Assembly: GCF_031769215.1 (NCBI RefSeq)
Contig: NW_026782425.1
Span: 62,001-126,000 of the forward strand
Reading direction: 5' to 3'
DNA: 64,000 nucleotides
Source of the DNA: Ylistrum balloti
Lineage: Eukaryota
Below the pieces are notes generated by a model. It was not told where the DNA came from and did no database searches. It was given only the letters and a program-made list of their open reading frames with translations. Below are positions 26,601-39,594 of this stretch, piece by piece; positions within the stretch are counted from its first letter, which is position 1, and each line of letters opens with the position of its first letter. The position numbers and the translations under genes are program-made.

Positions 26601-28283
26601 TTTTGGTTTAATATTCTTGTATCTTATATCCTTGTACATGATATTGCCGAGTTCAAATATATTAACAATTACCGTTGCAGTATCCCTGAAGTAAAGATTC
26701 ACCAGTCTACCCGTAGAAAGTATTCCAGCTCAAATGCGATAAAACTTAGGCAATTTAGATGCATACTTGAAGACGTACTTGGATTGGCCTTTTGCCGTCA
26801 CAAAATTCATATCAGGTATCGAGTTTTATTGGTACTCGAGGTATACACAAAGCAGTATGCATGGCACGACATCTTAGCAAGCTAACCACAAATAATTGAA
26901 AGGTCCGAAGTAAACTTTTGTTGTCGCATTGACTGGACTTTCGCTAGAAACTGAATTCATTGAAGCGTACGGATGAGGATAATGTTTTACAAAGGAATGA
27001 ATATATGACCGATAAAATCGATATACCGCTTGGAGATTAGGAACCGATCATAACCAAGACCAAAATAAAGCGAACTGAATTATAGATTATTACAAACCCG
27101 ATATTAATTTCGATATATCTATTTACAGCAGGTAATAACAACAGAAATGAGTATAGAAATATACATAGAATGAGATTATTTCACACAGTTTATTCTTGAC
27201 CTAAGTTACTAGAAGAATAGTACAACATTGCTTATGTACTTGGCTTACACTATGAGACGTTAACTGAAGATTCCGGACTCTTGATTGTATAATTTCAACG
27301 ATTTGAGAGACAAAACAAAGTTGGCATTTTATCAAGATAACCAACATTTATTTTATGTTGTTTTGTAGTAGAATCCAACAAAAAATCATTAAAATCGTTT
27401 TCGATACACATCTTAATATATTCAGTATTAACGCCCATGCACTGTCCCGTATAGTATATCCATACCATGGCAAAGTTCTTTCGGAATTATCTCATTCCTT
27501 TTCCACGCTTATACATCATGCTTAATACCAATTATCCAGATCTTTGATATAAGTCATATGTCCATCTTCCAATCACTAATTAGCATCATTTTTACTCGAA
27601 CACATTTCACTGATATTTCCAGTAGACTCTTGAATATTACACGATGTCTTTAGACCAACGATTCGTGAGGCAATGTATAGAATTACGGATTCTTTTTCAA
27701 GGTGATAGCATCATATCTATGAGAACTGTGACGATGCTGCGAAAGTCATCCAACTCATCGTCAATAGACATTCCATCAAAACCCACTATTGGATAAACAG
27801 AAAGCGTCAATCAAACATCAACCTACCTATTCACAATTCTTCGAACAGATTTCATTGGTTATGATTAATCGTGTTGCATTGGCGACCATTCAATATAAAC
27901 CTGATAAACATACGAAATCAAGCTGATCGAATTTGGTTTATAAAGTCCTTTTAGCAGACATGCATGATTGCCTGAGAGATTAAATTTGCAAGCCTGGCTA
28001 AGACATCCTCCTCATTTACATATGCTTTCAAGCATATCGTTTTTGAAGAGAGACTCTAAATGCATCACATTTTGAGTGTTATTAAATATCTTTTCAAGAT
28101 AACTGCTAATGGGAAACGGAGAAAGCATCAATAATATTATTTGTGTATGCCTGGTCTCCCTGGATATGTCTTGTGTTTGGGATATATAAAGGTCAGAAAA
28201 GCCTACCGACCAGTTGTGACTGGATATCTGCCTGTGTGCATCTCTTATCGGTGAAAAGTTAATACCAACAGGCAAGTTGCACC

Positions 28284-29278
28284 ATGGCTCAGCTTACTGA
28301 AGGTGAATGTGATTTGGAAAATAGGGACCCAAACAATCTAAACGACCATTGTAAGGTAAGGCCAAATAATTTTGATTATACATTGGTTGAAATTTAAAGT
28401 TATATCTGACATTTGCTGAATCGATCTTTTTTAAAACTATACATTTTATCAAGTTCTTTTGTTGGAAAACTACTTATGTTAATTAAAAGATTATTAATTC
28501 CTTGAAATATCTGAAATTGTAAATAAAGCGCAACTTGTGATTGTTGACTTTCGGTTTAACTTCTTTACTCACTGAATTTTCTCTCCTTCGAGAATAGGAA
28601 AAAAATCTTTGTAAAGAAAAATCTTTTATAATTGAGTTTGAAATTAATGTAACAAACAAGAGTATGTAGCAATGTTTTATTCCATTTTTTAATGTTTCAA
28701 TTTCGGCATATAGAAACGAAACCTAGAATTCCACACAACATAAAAGAGGAATACTGTTGTTCGCACGACTATATTGAGACCGATGTCACATCTACCGTAT
28801 TTTAAACATGATGCGTATTTGATAACATATAGGTAGATAGCACATATTCAATACATAATATAGATCTGACAAGAGAACCGTTAGTATTACAAAAAAGGTT
28901 GCTTTTGGAATTTGTTCATGAGTGGTTTCTTTTCTTTCCAAGGTCGCGTTTGAAGATGTCCTTGGAGAACCTGATTATATACGAAGCATTGACTGTGTAT
29001 GGAAGAACAGCTACTGGTGTTTCAACTGCGGTAAAAACTGCTGCTACAAATTCATGACCTGTCTTTGTGGAATTTGCATCGCGCTCTACTGGGGCTGTGA
29101 GTTCGCCATTATTGCTTTCGATCAAATCTGGTGCATAACTCCGTCTCTCAGAGTCTTCTCCATCTACTGCGGCTGCGCGCAGAAGTTCTTCGGTACCATC
29201 ATCCAATGCTTCTTGGCTCCAATCTGCGAGACCTTCGCCCTATGTTTCAGCCGTATTTCTGTTACAAACTCTTCTTGA
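28284..29278 (+). CDS. Caveolin-family protein CavA, 135 aa: join(28284..28355,28943..29278)
   Basis: Exon 1 MAQLTEGECDLENRDPNNLNDHCK, GT donor, AG acceptor, exon 2 VAFEDVLGEPDYIRSIDCVWKNSY...GICIALYWG...ITP. Has the DLxNRDP motif and the FEDVxxEP caveolin signature. The phase-0 intron sits where vertebrate caveolins have it (K|xxFED). TATATAAA at 28183, AATAAA at 29562. Confidence 0.95.
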
Positions 29279-31276
29279 TTCTGTACTACAGACTGATGAT
29301 TGCTTCTCGTGAAACTGTGAAAGGGCGAATATTCTATGGGCTACTGTCTTACTGTTATTCTAATAGATAAACACTTTCACCAAATGGAACAATAACATAT
29401 CTGAGCGGCCTATACTATTGTTTCCGGAATTGGATACATTATTTACATTTCAAGGAAAGGCACTGCCAAAATATTGAAGCTCATGTGACGACGACGGTGG
29501 TTAAATCTGTGATATTCCATGAATATTTTCTTATTTATGACTTTATTATATATATTATACAAATAAATTTTGTGTTTCGTAGCAATTTGTCTTGTTTTGA
29601 CTGGATTTAATATTTCAGATGATTTGAAACATAGTGCACGTATATGTTATTCTGATTAAAAAACAACATGTATTATAAACCAAGGATGGAAACAAACATA
29701 GCAACCAAACAAATTTATTGTTGTAGCAACCACCTGGATATACCAGTAGACTAGTTCATAGCAACCAACCGAACAAATTAGCAAACATGTTCATAGCAAC
29801 CCACCGGATATATCACTGTTTGTATCAATATATACTTTATAGGTATTTAACTTATTAAATAGAAATTAAGGAACGCTACAACATTTTATCCAATATAAAC
29901 CGGAAAATAATGATTTTTATAGGTTATTGTAGAAACGTGTAAACACACGCAGGGTATAACAATTTAGACTTTTATAACATGCGCTAAACTGACGTTGAGA
30001 TGATCAAGCCTGGAACATTGCCTTCGAATGTTCAAGAACAGAAAATAGTTACGAATTAGTTGTTAAAAGAGCATGCACCCTGGGTTTTTAGAAAAGCGAT
30101 GAAACTATGTAATTATCGTGAACTAGTTATATGTCCATGTAATCACTCCACAAAGCACTTTTAACAACATGCACTTGATAGTTTCATTAATGTGTTGTTT
30201 AATTTCTGTTTCTTTCAAAAACCTATCAAAACAGGTAACACAGATCTTGCGAAGCGATTTGACAGAGGGGTTCGAGATATGTATATTTGTGAAGATAATA
30301 AGGAAGTTTTACAGTCGCCATATATGATAGTTTCTTGTGCGATACGAAGTCGTTGTTTACCTTGTTCTCATTTAGAAATGTGACTATTTGGATTGACCAA
30401 CATTAACATTATGGGTGTCGTCGATGAAGAAGAAGGCGCTTTCCATTCCTGAAAACATAGTCTTATTTTCCTTGGAATTTTTTTCATTAGACTATTTTTT
30501 TGTTCGTAATTGCACCAGTCACATCGAATTCGAATTTCTATTTGAAAACTTTAAAAACAGAATAGTCCACGCTGGCACTAAGCTAAACACACTGCTATTT
30601 GACATGCTCCTAAAAACGATTAGGATTTAGGATGATCAGTGTATCAATAAATCAAATCATATTTTTCTATATAAGAAACGAAAAGAAAATACCGCCATGT
30701 CAATAGATTTCTAAATCAAACTCAAATTCAGTGAAACCAGGTTAAAGCATGAACAAACGAAAGATTAAAACAAAGACTCCTGAAAAAACCACAAGGTGTT
30801 CCGGAGGAGTACGCGTCTGCTGCTTCATCGTCGATACCGTCCCTTCCCCTTTAGACGAATAGCTGTAACTAAGCACCAACGAGTTTTAGCACAGAAAATA
30901 GTCTGATTAGTGATACAAATCATAATTACACTAAACATTGTATATTGAATCATCTTCGAGTTAAAAGCTTAATCTGGTATAACTAAACAACCATCTCAAT
31001 ACTCCACCCATACAAGTATATTTGGTGGCGTACACACGGAACACAATTCACATTGAACAGCGATTCCTTTGGACATTTAGAGACAAAGAACAAATGTTTC
31101 GCCTCAGTGACAATTGGTTGTCTATCGCTTCCTTCTACGCGAATCAACATTAAGATCTGCGTCATTTAACATACTTCTAGCAGGCTTACATACTGCGCAT
31201 TCTGTAAATTCTTTATTTAAAGTCATTAACAGTCTGCATCTTAATTTATGTATGCAATTATTTAAATATCATAAAA

Positions 31277-32160
31277 ATGACAGAGCAATATGCAGCACTC
31301 GATTTGAAATCAAGGAATGCGATCCTAATTCTCTTCATGGAAACGTGCAGGTTAGTCTTGGTTGTGTAATATGATGGACATTGTCCATTTTAAGCAATTA
31401 AGTCATGATTTTAAAATATGATAATTGTAAAAATGAAAATGAAACTAAATCTTTGTGGTATTAAGACACGATATGGCTGTGTAGAATATATTCATAGTAT
31501 AAAGAACACAATGATATGAGAAAATACGGATTATTTACTTCCTTATGTTATCAATGTGTTGCATTTATGACTATTGTTCACAATGTTTTCGGGAACGTCA
31601 TAAAGACTGGACAATTCGAATTAATCAGAAAATTGTTTTCTACCGTCGATCAATGCGCTAATAGTTTTCATAATGTATTCTGGTAATTTAAACCCTCACC
31701 ACTTCAACAAAAATAAAAAGTTAGAACATATATATATATTGTTATTTTTGACAGTAGTATTAACGCACTTGAAGAAAGGAATTCCATGGGTTAAAATCTT
31801 ACTTCACATACAACCTTTCGTTTAACAGGTAGATTTTCATGATGTGCTAGGCGAGCCTGATGAAACTCACAGCGTAGAATGTTTATGGGCTCATCTCACA
31901 GGTGCATTATCTGCTCAAAGAACTGTTGTTACAAGTTTGTGACATTTATATGTGAGCTCCGTACAGCTCTAGCATGGGGCCGTGAATTCGCCATCATCAC
32001 GTATGTGTAAATTTGGATCCGTGCCCCGGCTCTGAAAGCCTACCAACTGACCACGGGAATTCTGCAGCGGTTCTTTGGAACATGCATCAGTTGCTGTTTA
32101 GCTCCCGTCTGTGAAACAGTTGGATTATGCTTCAATAATATTTCAATGAAAAAGCTATAA
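31277..32160 (+). pseudogene. Caveolin pseudogene psi1: exon 1 31277..31350, exon 2 31829..32160
   Basis: Exon 1 MTEQYAALDLKSR + 5 extra nt (AATGC) + DPNSLHGNVQ|GT, a frameshift. Exon 2 VDFHDVLGEPDETHSVECLWAH, then a 1-nt frameshift to HRCIICSKNCCYKFVTFICELRTALAWGREFAIITYV*IWIRAPALKAYQLTTGILQRFFGTCISCCLAPVCETVGLCFNNISMKKL*, with an in-frame TAA. Confidence 0.9.
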
Positions 32161-32754
32161 ATATGAATGACATATGCTGAAACCTAAAATATTTGGACTT
32201 TCCAAACTCATCTTCTGGATGTCGTATTAATTTATTGAAACTTATCCTTTTAATAAGATAAAAATAGTTGTATCTTAATACATATGGGAATACAAATTTA
32301 TATGTTATTTACAAATAAGTTTTTAATTAAATAAAAACATAGAAAATGAGTAACTTTTGTTGAAATTCGCTTAAGTTTAATGAAATATATCAGTATGTTC
32401 AACATAGAATTCTAAAGAACGTTAAGTGCTACCATTCAAATAAATTAAAACATGAAATTGCTTTGTCGAAAAACAGTTTCAAATTTCATAACACTCTGGC
32501 AATGCCAAATCTTTGTTAGAACTATTTTCGTGCAAGAAATCGTCAATTGACGGGAAAACATGTAACACAGTGTTTCAAAGGATGTAGATAATGAAAAGGA
32601 AGTTTTATCCTGGTAACCAGAAAATAAATCACTGACAGTCATATACATGTGATAGTACTCCTCTTTTTTTATTTAATTAAACGGAGAAACGACTCTACCG
32701 AAAAGATACTTCATATCTATCGTAAACAAAAATGAATCGCTTTATTTTTACACC

Positions 32755-32993
32755 AATTGTTAGTGCAGATGTGATGACAGACTCTACACAAGCCTGCCCA
32801 AATATCTATTATCCATTGAAGACTAAGACACATCTTTGTGTCACTTTCAATCCTAGACATGTTCTGAGAACCAAAAATGAAAAAACATTCAACTTCAATT
32901 GTTAGTGCAGATGTGATTTTAAGACACATCTTTGTGTCACTTTCAATCCTAGACATGTTCTGAGAACCAAAAATGAAAAAACATTCAACTTCA
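32755..32993. repeat. Local duplication: 74 bp block (32824..32897 and 32920..32993) plus 22 bp block (32755..32776 and 32896..32917)
   Basis: Identical TAAGACACATCTTTG...TTCAACTTCA blocks 96 bp apart. Confidence 0.9.
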
Positions 32994-33332
32994 GGGGAGT
33001 ATCACAAATGAATCGCTGCTTGGTTGTTATAGGACTCCTTGAATGAAGAACGTCCGTGATTTCATCAGGGACTACTGGATATAATGTGTTTGTAGTCATA
33101 TATCATATGCAATCGCGTTTTATTTAGATTATGTGCACTTATATCAGAGTGTCCCACATATGAGGTGCTTGATAAGATTTCCTTGTATTTCGATTGAAGC
33201 ACACAAATGAAAATAAAACAATTAAGTACATATGTTATAATTCGGTGTTGTTATTAATCGATCTAATTGGAGTCGCCATTAGCTATTTATACTGCCATCG
33301 TCCCTTTTTCAATATCCTAACTAAGTTCAGAG

Positions 33333-36300
33333 ATGTACACTATCACCCTATAAATGATTTACTTACATATCATCGGAACATAGCGTCCATGTACATTATC
33401 ACCCTATATATGATTTACTTACATATCATCGGAACATATCGTCCATGTACATTATCACCCTATATATGATTTACTTACATATCATTTCGGAACATAGCGT
33501 CCATGTACATTATCACCCTATATATGATTTACTTACTTATCATTTCGGAACATAGCGTCCATGTACATTATCACCCTATAGATCATAGCGTCCATGTACA
33601 CTATCACCCTATATATGATTTACTTACATATCATTTCGGAACATAGCGTCCACGTACACTATCACCCTATATATGATTTACTTACATATCATTTCGGAAC
33701 ATAGCGTCCACGTACATTATCAGCCTATAGATGATTTACTTACATATCATTTCGGAACATATCGTCCATGTACATTATCACCCTATATATGATTTACTTA
33801 CTTATCATTTCGGAACATATCGTCCATGTACATTATCACCCTATATATGATTTACTTACATATCATTTCGGAACATAGCGTCCATGTACATTATCACCCT
33901 ATATATGATTTACTTACATATCATTTCGGAACATAGCGTCCACGTACATTATCAGCCTATAGATGATTTACTTACATATCATTTCGGAACATATCGTCCA
34001 TGTACATTATCAGCCTATAGATGATTTACTTACATATCATTTCGGAACATAGCGTCCACGTACATTATCACCCTATAGATGATTTACTTACATATCATTT
34101 CGGAACATATCGTCCATGTACATTATCACCCTATATATGATTTACTTACTTATCATTTCGGAACATAGCGTCCACGTACATTATCACCCTATAGATAATT
34201 TACTTACATATCATTTCGGAACATATCGTCCATGTACATTATCACCCTATATATGATTTACTTACTTATCATTTCGGAACATAGCGTCCACGTACATTAT
34301 CAGCCTATAGATGATTTACTTACATATCATTTCGGAACATATCGTCCATGTACATTATCACCCTATATATGATTTACTTACTTATCATTTCGGAACATAG
34401 CGTCCACGTACATTATCACCCTATATATGATTTACTTACATATCATTTCGGAACATAGCGTCCACGTACATTATCAGCCTATAGATGATTTACTTACATA
34501 TCATTTCGGAACATAGCGTCCACGTACATTATCAGCCTATAGATGATTTACTTACATATCATTTCGGAACATATCGTCCATGTACATTATCACCCTATAT
34601 ATGATTTACTTACTTATCATTTCGGAACATAGCGTCCACGTACATTATCACCCTATAGATGATTTACTTACATATCATTTCGGAACATATCGTCCATGTA
34701 CATTATCACCCTATATATGATTTACTTACTTATCATTTCGGAACATAGCGTCCATGTACATTATCACCCTATATATGATTTACTTACTTATCATTTCGGA
34801 ACATATCGTCCATGTACATTATCACCCTATAGATGATTTACTTACATATCATTTCGGAACATATCGTCCATGTACATTATCACCCTATATATGATTTACT
34901 TACTTATCATTTCGGAACATAGCGTCCATGTACATTATCACCCTATAGATCATAGCGTCCATGTACATTATCACCCTATAGATGATTTACTTACATATCA
35001 TTTCGGAACATATCGTCCATGTACATTATCACCCTATATATGATTTACTTACTTATCATTTCGGAACATATCGTCCATGTACATTATCACCCTATATATG
35101 ATTTACTTACATATCATTTCGGAACATATCGTCCATGTACATTATCACCCTATATATGATTTACTTACTTATCATTTCGGAACATATCGTCCATGTACAT
35201 TATCACCCTATATATGATTTACTTACTTATCATTTCGGAACATATCGTCCATGTACATTATCACCCTATAGATGATTTACTTACATATCATTTCGGAACA
35301 TATCGTCCATGTACATTATCACCCTATATATGATTTACTTACTTATCATTTCGGAACATAGCGTCCATGTACATTATCACCCTATAGATCATAGCGTCCA
35401 CGTACATTATCACCCTATATATGATTTACTTACATATCATTTCGGAACATAGCGTCCACGTACATTATCACCCTATATATGATTTACTTACTTATCATTT
35501 CGGAACATATCGTCCATGTACATTATCACCCTATAGATGATTTACTTACATATCATTTCGGAACATATCGTCCATGTACATTATCACCCTATATATGGTT
35601 TACTTACTTATCATTTCGGAACATAGCGTCCATGTACATTATCACCCTATATATGGTTTACTTACTTATCATTTCGGAACATAGCGTCCATGTACATTAT
35701 CACCCTATATATGGTTTACTTACTTATCATTTCGGAACATAGCTTCCATGTACATTATCACCCTATATATGATTTGCTTACATATCATTTCGGACTATAG
35801 CGTCCATGTACATTATCACCCTATATATGATTTACTTACCTATCATTTCGGAACATAGCGTCCATGTACATTATCACCCTATAGATCATAGCGTCCATGT
35901 ACATTATCACCCTATATATGATTTACTTACCTATCATTTCGGAACATAGCGTCCACGTACATTATCACCCTATATATGATTTACTTACATATCATTTCGG
36001 AACATAGTGTCCACGTACATTATCACCCTATAGATGATTTACTTACATATCATTTCGGAACATATCGTCCATGTACATTATCAGCCTATAGATGATTTAC
36101 TTACTTATCATTTCGGAACATATCGTCCATGTACATTATCACCCTATAGATCATAGCGTCCATGTACACTATCACCCTATATATGATTTACTTACATATC
36201 ATTTCGGAACATAGCGTCCACGTACATTATCACCCTATATATGATTTACTTACCTATCATTTCGGAACATATCGTCCATGTACATTATCACCCTATATAT

Positions 36301-37078
36301 GATTTACTTACCTATCATTTCGGAACATATCGTCCATGTACATTATCACCCTATAGATGATTTACTTACCTATCATTTCGGAACATATCGTCCATGTACA
36401 TTATCACCCTATATATGATTTACTTACATATCATTTCGGAACATAGCGTCCATGTACATTATCACCCTATAGATGATTTACTTACATATCATTTCGGAAC
36501 ATAGCGTCCACGTACATTATCAGCCTATAGATGATTTACTTACATATCATTTCGGAACATAGCGTCCACGTACATTATCACCCTATAGATGATTTACTTA
36601 CATATCATTTCGGAACATAGCGTCCACGTACATTATCAGCCTATAGATGATTTACTTACATATCATTTCGGAACATAGCGTCCACGTACATTATCAGCCT
36701 ATATATGATTTACTTATTTATCATTTCGGAACATATCGTCCATGTACATTATCACCCTATATATGATTTACTTACTTATCATTTCGGAACATATCGTCCA
36801 TGTACATTATCACCCTATATATGATTTACTTACATATCATTTCGGAACATAGCGTCCATGTACACTATCACCCTATAGATGATTTACTTACATATCATTT
36901 CGGAACATATCGTCCACGTACATTATCACCCTATATATGATTTACTTACTTATCATTTCGGAACATATCGTCCATGTACATTATCACCCTATAGATCATA
37001 GCGTCCATGTACACTATCACCCTATAGATGATTTACTTACATATCATTTCGGAACATAGCGTCCATTTACACTATCAC
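33333..37078. repeat. Minisatellite, 58 bp unit, about 65 copies, with interspersed 33 bp deletion units
   Basis: Unit TCATTTCGGAACATAGCGTCCATGTACATTATCACCCTATATATGATTTACTTACATA. Confidence 0.98.
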
Positions 37079-38698
37079 GAATGATTTACAACGAATTATT
37101 CTAATATAACGAATAAACCTAAAATGAAATAAATTCGTAGAAATATTTAAGTTAAAATTTAAGTTCTGAGAATTCTTTAATCAAACATTACCCAAAGGAT
37201 AAAGCAGCTGTGAAGGTAAACGAAACTTTCCGATCAACTGAATGCATTCACAACATGATCAAATCTGAATAGTTTGTGTACACTACGTACAATATGATTT
37301 AATCATTTAATGCTTAAGGAATAAATGTAATGGACACCTAATACGTTACGGTGACCTATGTAGGCAAGGTGTACGTTGCAGTGATGTTTCATTTCTAAAC
37401 AGTAAAAAAGTGCCAAAACGCAGTACATACGATCATTATTCCCAAGTTACTCTAAAGTTGGTTCGAATAAATAATTGAATCGTGAAGTATTTAGACGACA
37501 CTGAAAAGGAAATTACAAAGAGAACTGACACACTGAAATATCAATACGACCCGTCGCAACAAATTTGCAAATGGAAAATGAAAAGAAATATTTCCAATAA
37601 GGTTAATTTCATATTTGATGTTTTTAACTTACGATTGGTCAACTTTGAACAACTGGGGCCAGAATGCAAAGCATGCAACATATATCAATGAAAAAAGGCT
37701 TAGTTTCCTATAGCTGTAGAGAACATTATCGTCCTTGAATAATTACTGATTATCAAAGTCTTTTTTCACAAATATCACTTTATTGAAATGCGTGCGTACC
37801 TAACTCTATAAATTGGTTTGTCCATTCACCTGTAGCTCTCCGTTAGCTGCCATCAAGCACAAAATAATATCACTTGATATGATGGTTTTTAAACAAATCA
37901 CTCATGCAATATGCACAAGGTCAAATACGTATTCAGAGAAAGAAGTTTTTGTATACAATCGATTTCTTCTTTATTTCTGTTATAATGTATAATGCTATGT
38001 TTTAACACTTTAGGTGATGTGCCGAGATGCCGTATTGTTATATTAGTAAAGAAAACTGACGTAGGATACATGTGCGTGTTTCGATGTAATAAGATAGTCC
38101 TTAGTGATTATATTGCACTAAATTTAAAATACGCTGTGATCACCTTGTGTCGTTTATAGCATACAAGTAAGCTAGAATGGAAAGAAAACCTGATACCATA
38201 CTTATAAGACGAATCTAAATGTTAGCGATGACCTTGGTTAGAGTATGTTCTATAGTGATATCTATCATGACATTCGAGTGGTATATTTTAGAGTAACTCA
38301 ATACGAGAACAAAAGTTTTCAGAAAAAAAATCCAACCGAATGTGTAAGCACACTTATCTACTTTTTCATCGGTCAAATCAATAGCGCCGTTAGTTTTCAG
38401 TCCGTAAATAATAGGGCTTTAACATTTTCATTCATACCGATTAACAATGCCTATGTTAAATACTATACTTCCATTGGAGACAAAGCTAACGTTATGTCTA
38501 GGAGAGCTTTCGTTAGGTCGTTGCCAATGACGCCGAGTTTTTAATGAAAATGACCCACCCCTTTCCGTCAGCCTGACAGTTGTCAAGCAATTATCAATCG
38601 ACAAAAAGGGGTATAAAATCCGACCAAGGGCCGCTCGCTACCACTCTCCAGAAAAGGTCTGCTTTGCTCACCTCAGTATCTCCAAAAGGCACACCAAA

Positions 38699-39594
38699 AT
38701 GGCGGAGCAAGCAACGGAAGTTGATTTGGATAACAGGGATCCTAACTCTCTTAACTCCACAATTCAGGTATGAATATATAAGTATTTAAACATCTTGCTC
38801 TTCGTAATTGATATTTCAGCATTTGAACCTGTTTAATCTATTGATAATATTGTTTCATGAATTAACAGATAGATAATAACTATAACTTTGGATTAAAGTT
38901 AGTGAAATTGCATTCTGCTTTCAACATGGTTTTGATAATTATTACTATGTTGAAACTGACTCATATTATCATACATTTTTTGCCTTCAAATATCGATATT
39001 AAAAATGACATTCACTTCAATTAGCGCTGTGGCGGTCACTATAGTGACCAGTAAGAAGAAACACTCAATTTAACCGCTTTGGAACTTTATCAGAATTCCA
39101 CTACAATATTGATAATGTTAAATATAATATGTACAAATCTTTGCAAACCATTTCTTTATAATGTATATAAAAGGCTACCATGTATCTAACCAGTTGGCGT
39201 TGTGTGTGTTAGCATGTCACGATTCCTTTGTAGTCATCAGTGTTGTTTTATGATTCGACAGGTCGCCTTTGAAGATGTGCTAGGAGAACCAGAGGGAGCC
39301 CATAGCATCGACTGTGTCTGGAAAAACAGTTACAAATGCTTTACATGCGGAAAGAACTGTTGTTACAAGTTCATGAGCACACTGTGTGGAATATGTATCG
39401 CTCTGTACTGGGGATGTGAGTTCGCCATGATCACATTTGAGATGGTGTGGTGTTGTACACCTGCTCTCAAAGTTCACTCCATTCTTCTTGGAATCTGTCA
39501 ACGTTTCTTCGGATCTTGCATCCAGTGCTGTCTGGCTCCTGTCTGTGAAACGATTGGATTATGTTTTAGCAACATTACTATTACTAAAAAGTGA
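38699..39594 (+). CDS. Caveolin-family protein CavB, 133 aa: join(38699..38767,39262..39594)
   Basis: MAEQATEVDLDNRDPNSLNSTIQ|VAFEDVLGEPEGAHSIDCVWKNSYKCFTCGKNCCYKF...; GT-AG intron; TATAAAA at 38612; AATAAA at 39782. Confidence 0.95.

Noticed and set aside
24040-27950. ORFs 25542-25826 and 26556-26885 and surrounding sequence as a hidden gene or transposase
   Set aside because: I translated parts on both strands and found no convincing motif or exon chain. Probably decayed mobile DNA; a tBLASTx or HMM search would be needed.
29293-29315. CTGATGA...GAAAC just after the CavA stop, preceded by a TCTGT/ACAGA hairpin (hammerhead-like)
   Set aside because: No G-C pair opens stem II, stem III cannot form and there is no NUH triplet in the right place.
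22658-37078. Regular arrays as possible CRISPR loci
   Set aside because: No unique spacers and no cas genes; the context is eukaryotic with spliceosomal introns.
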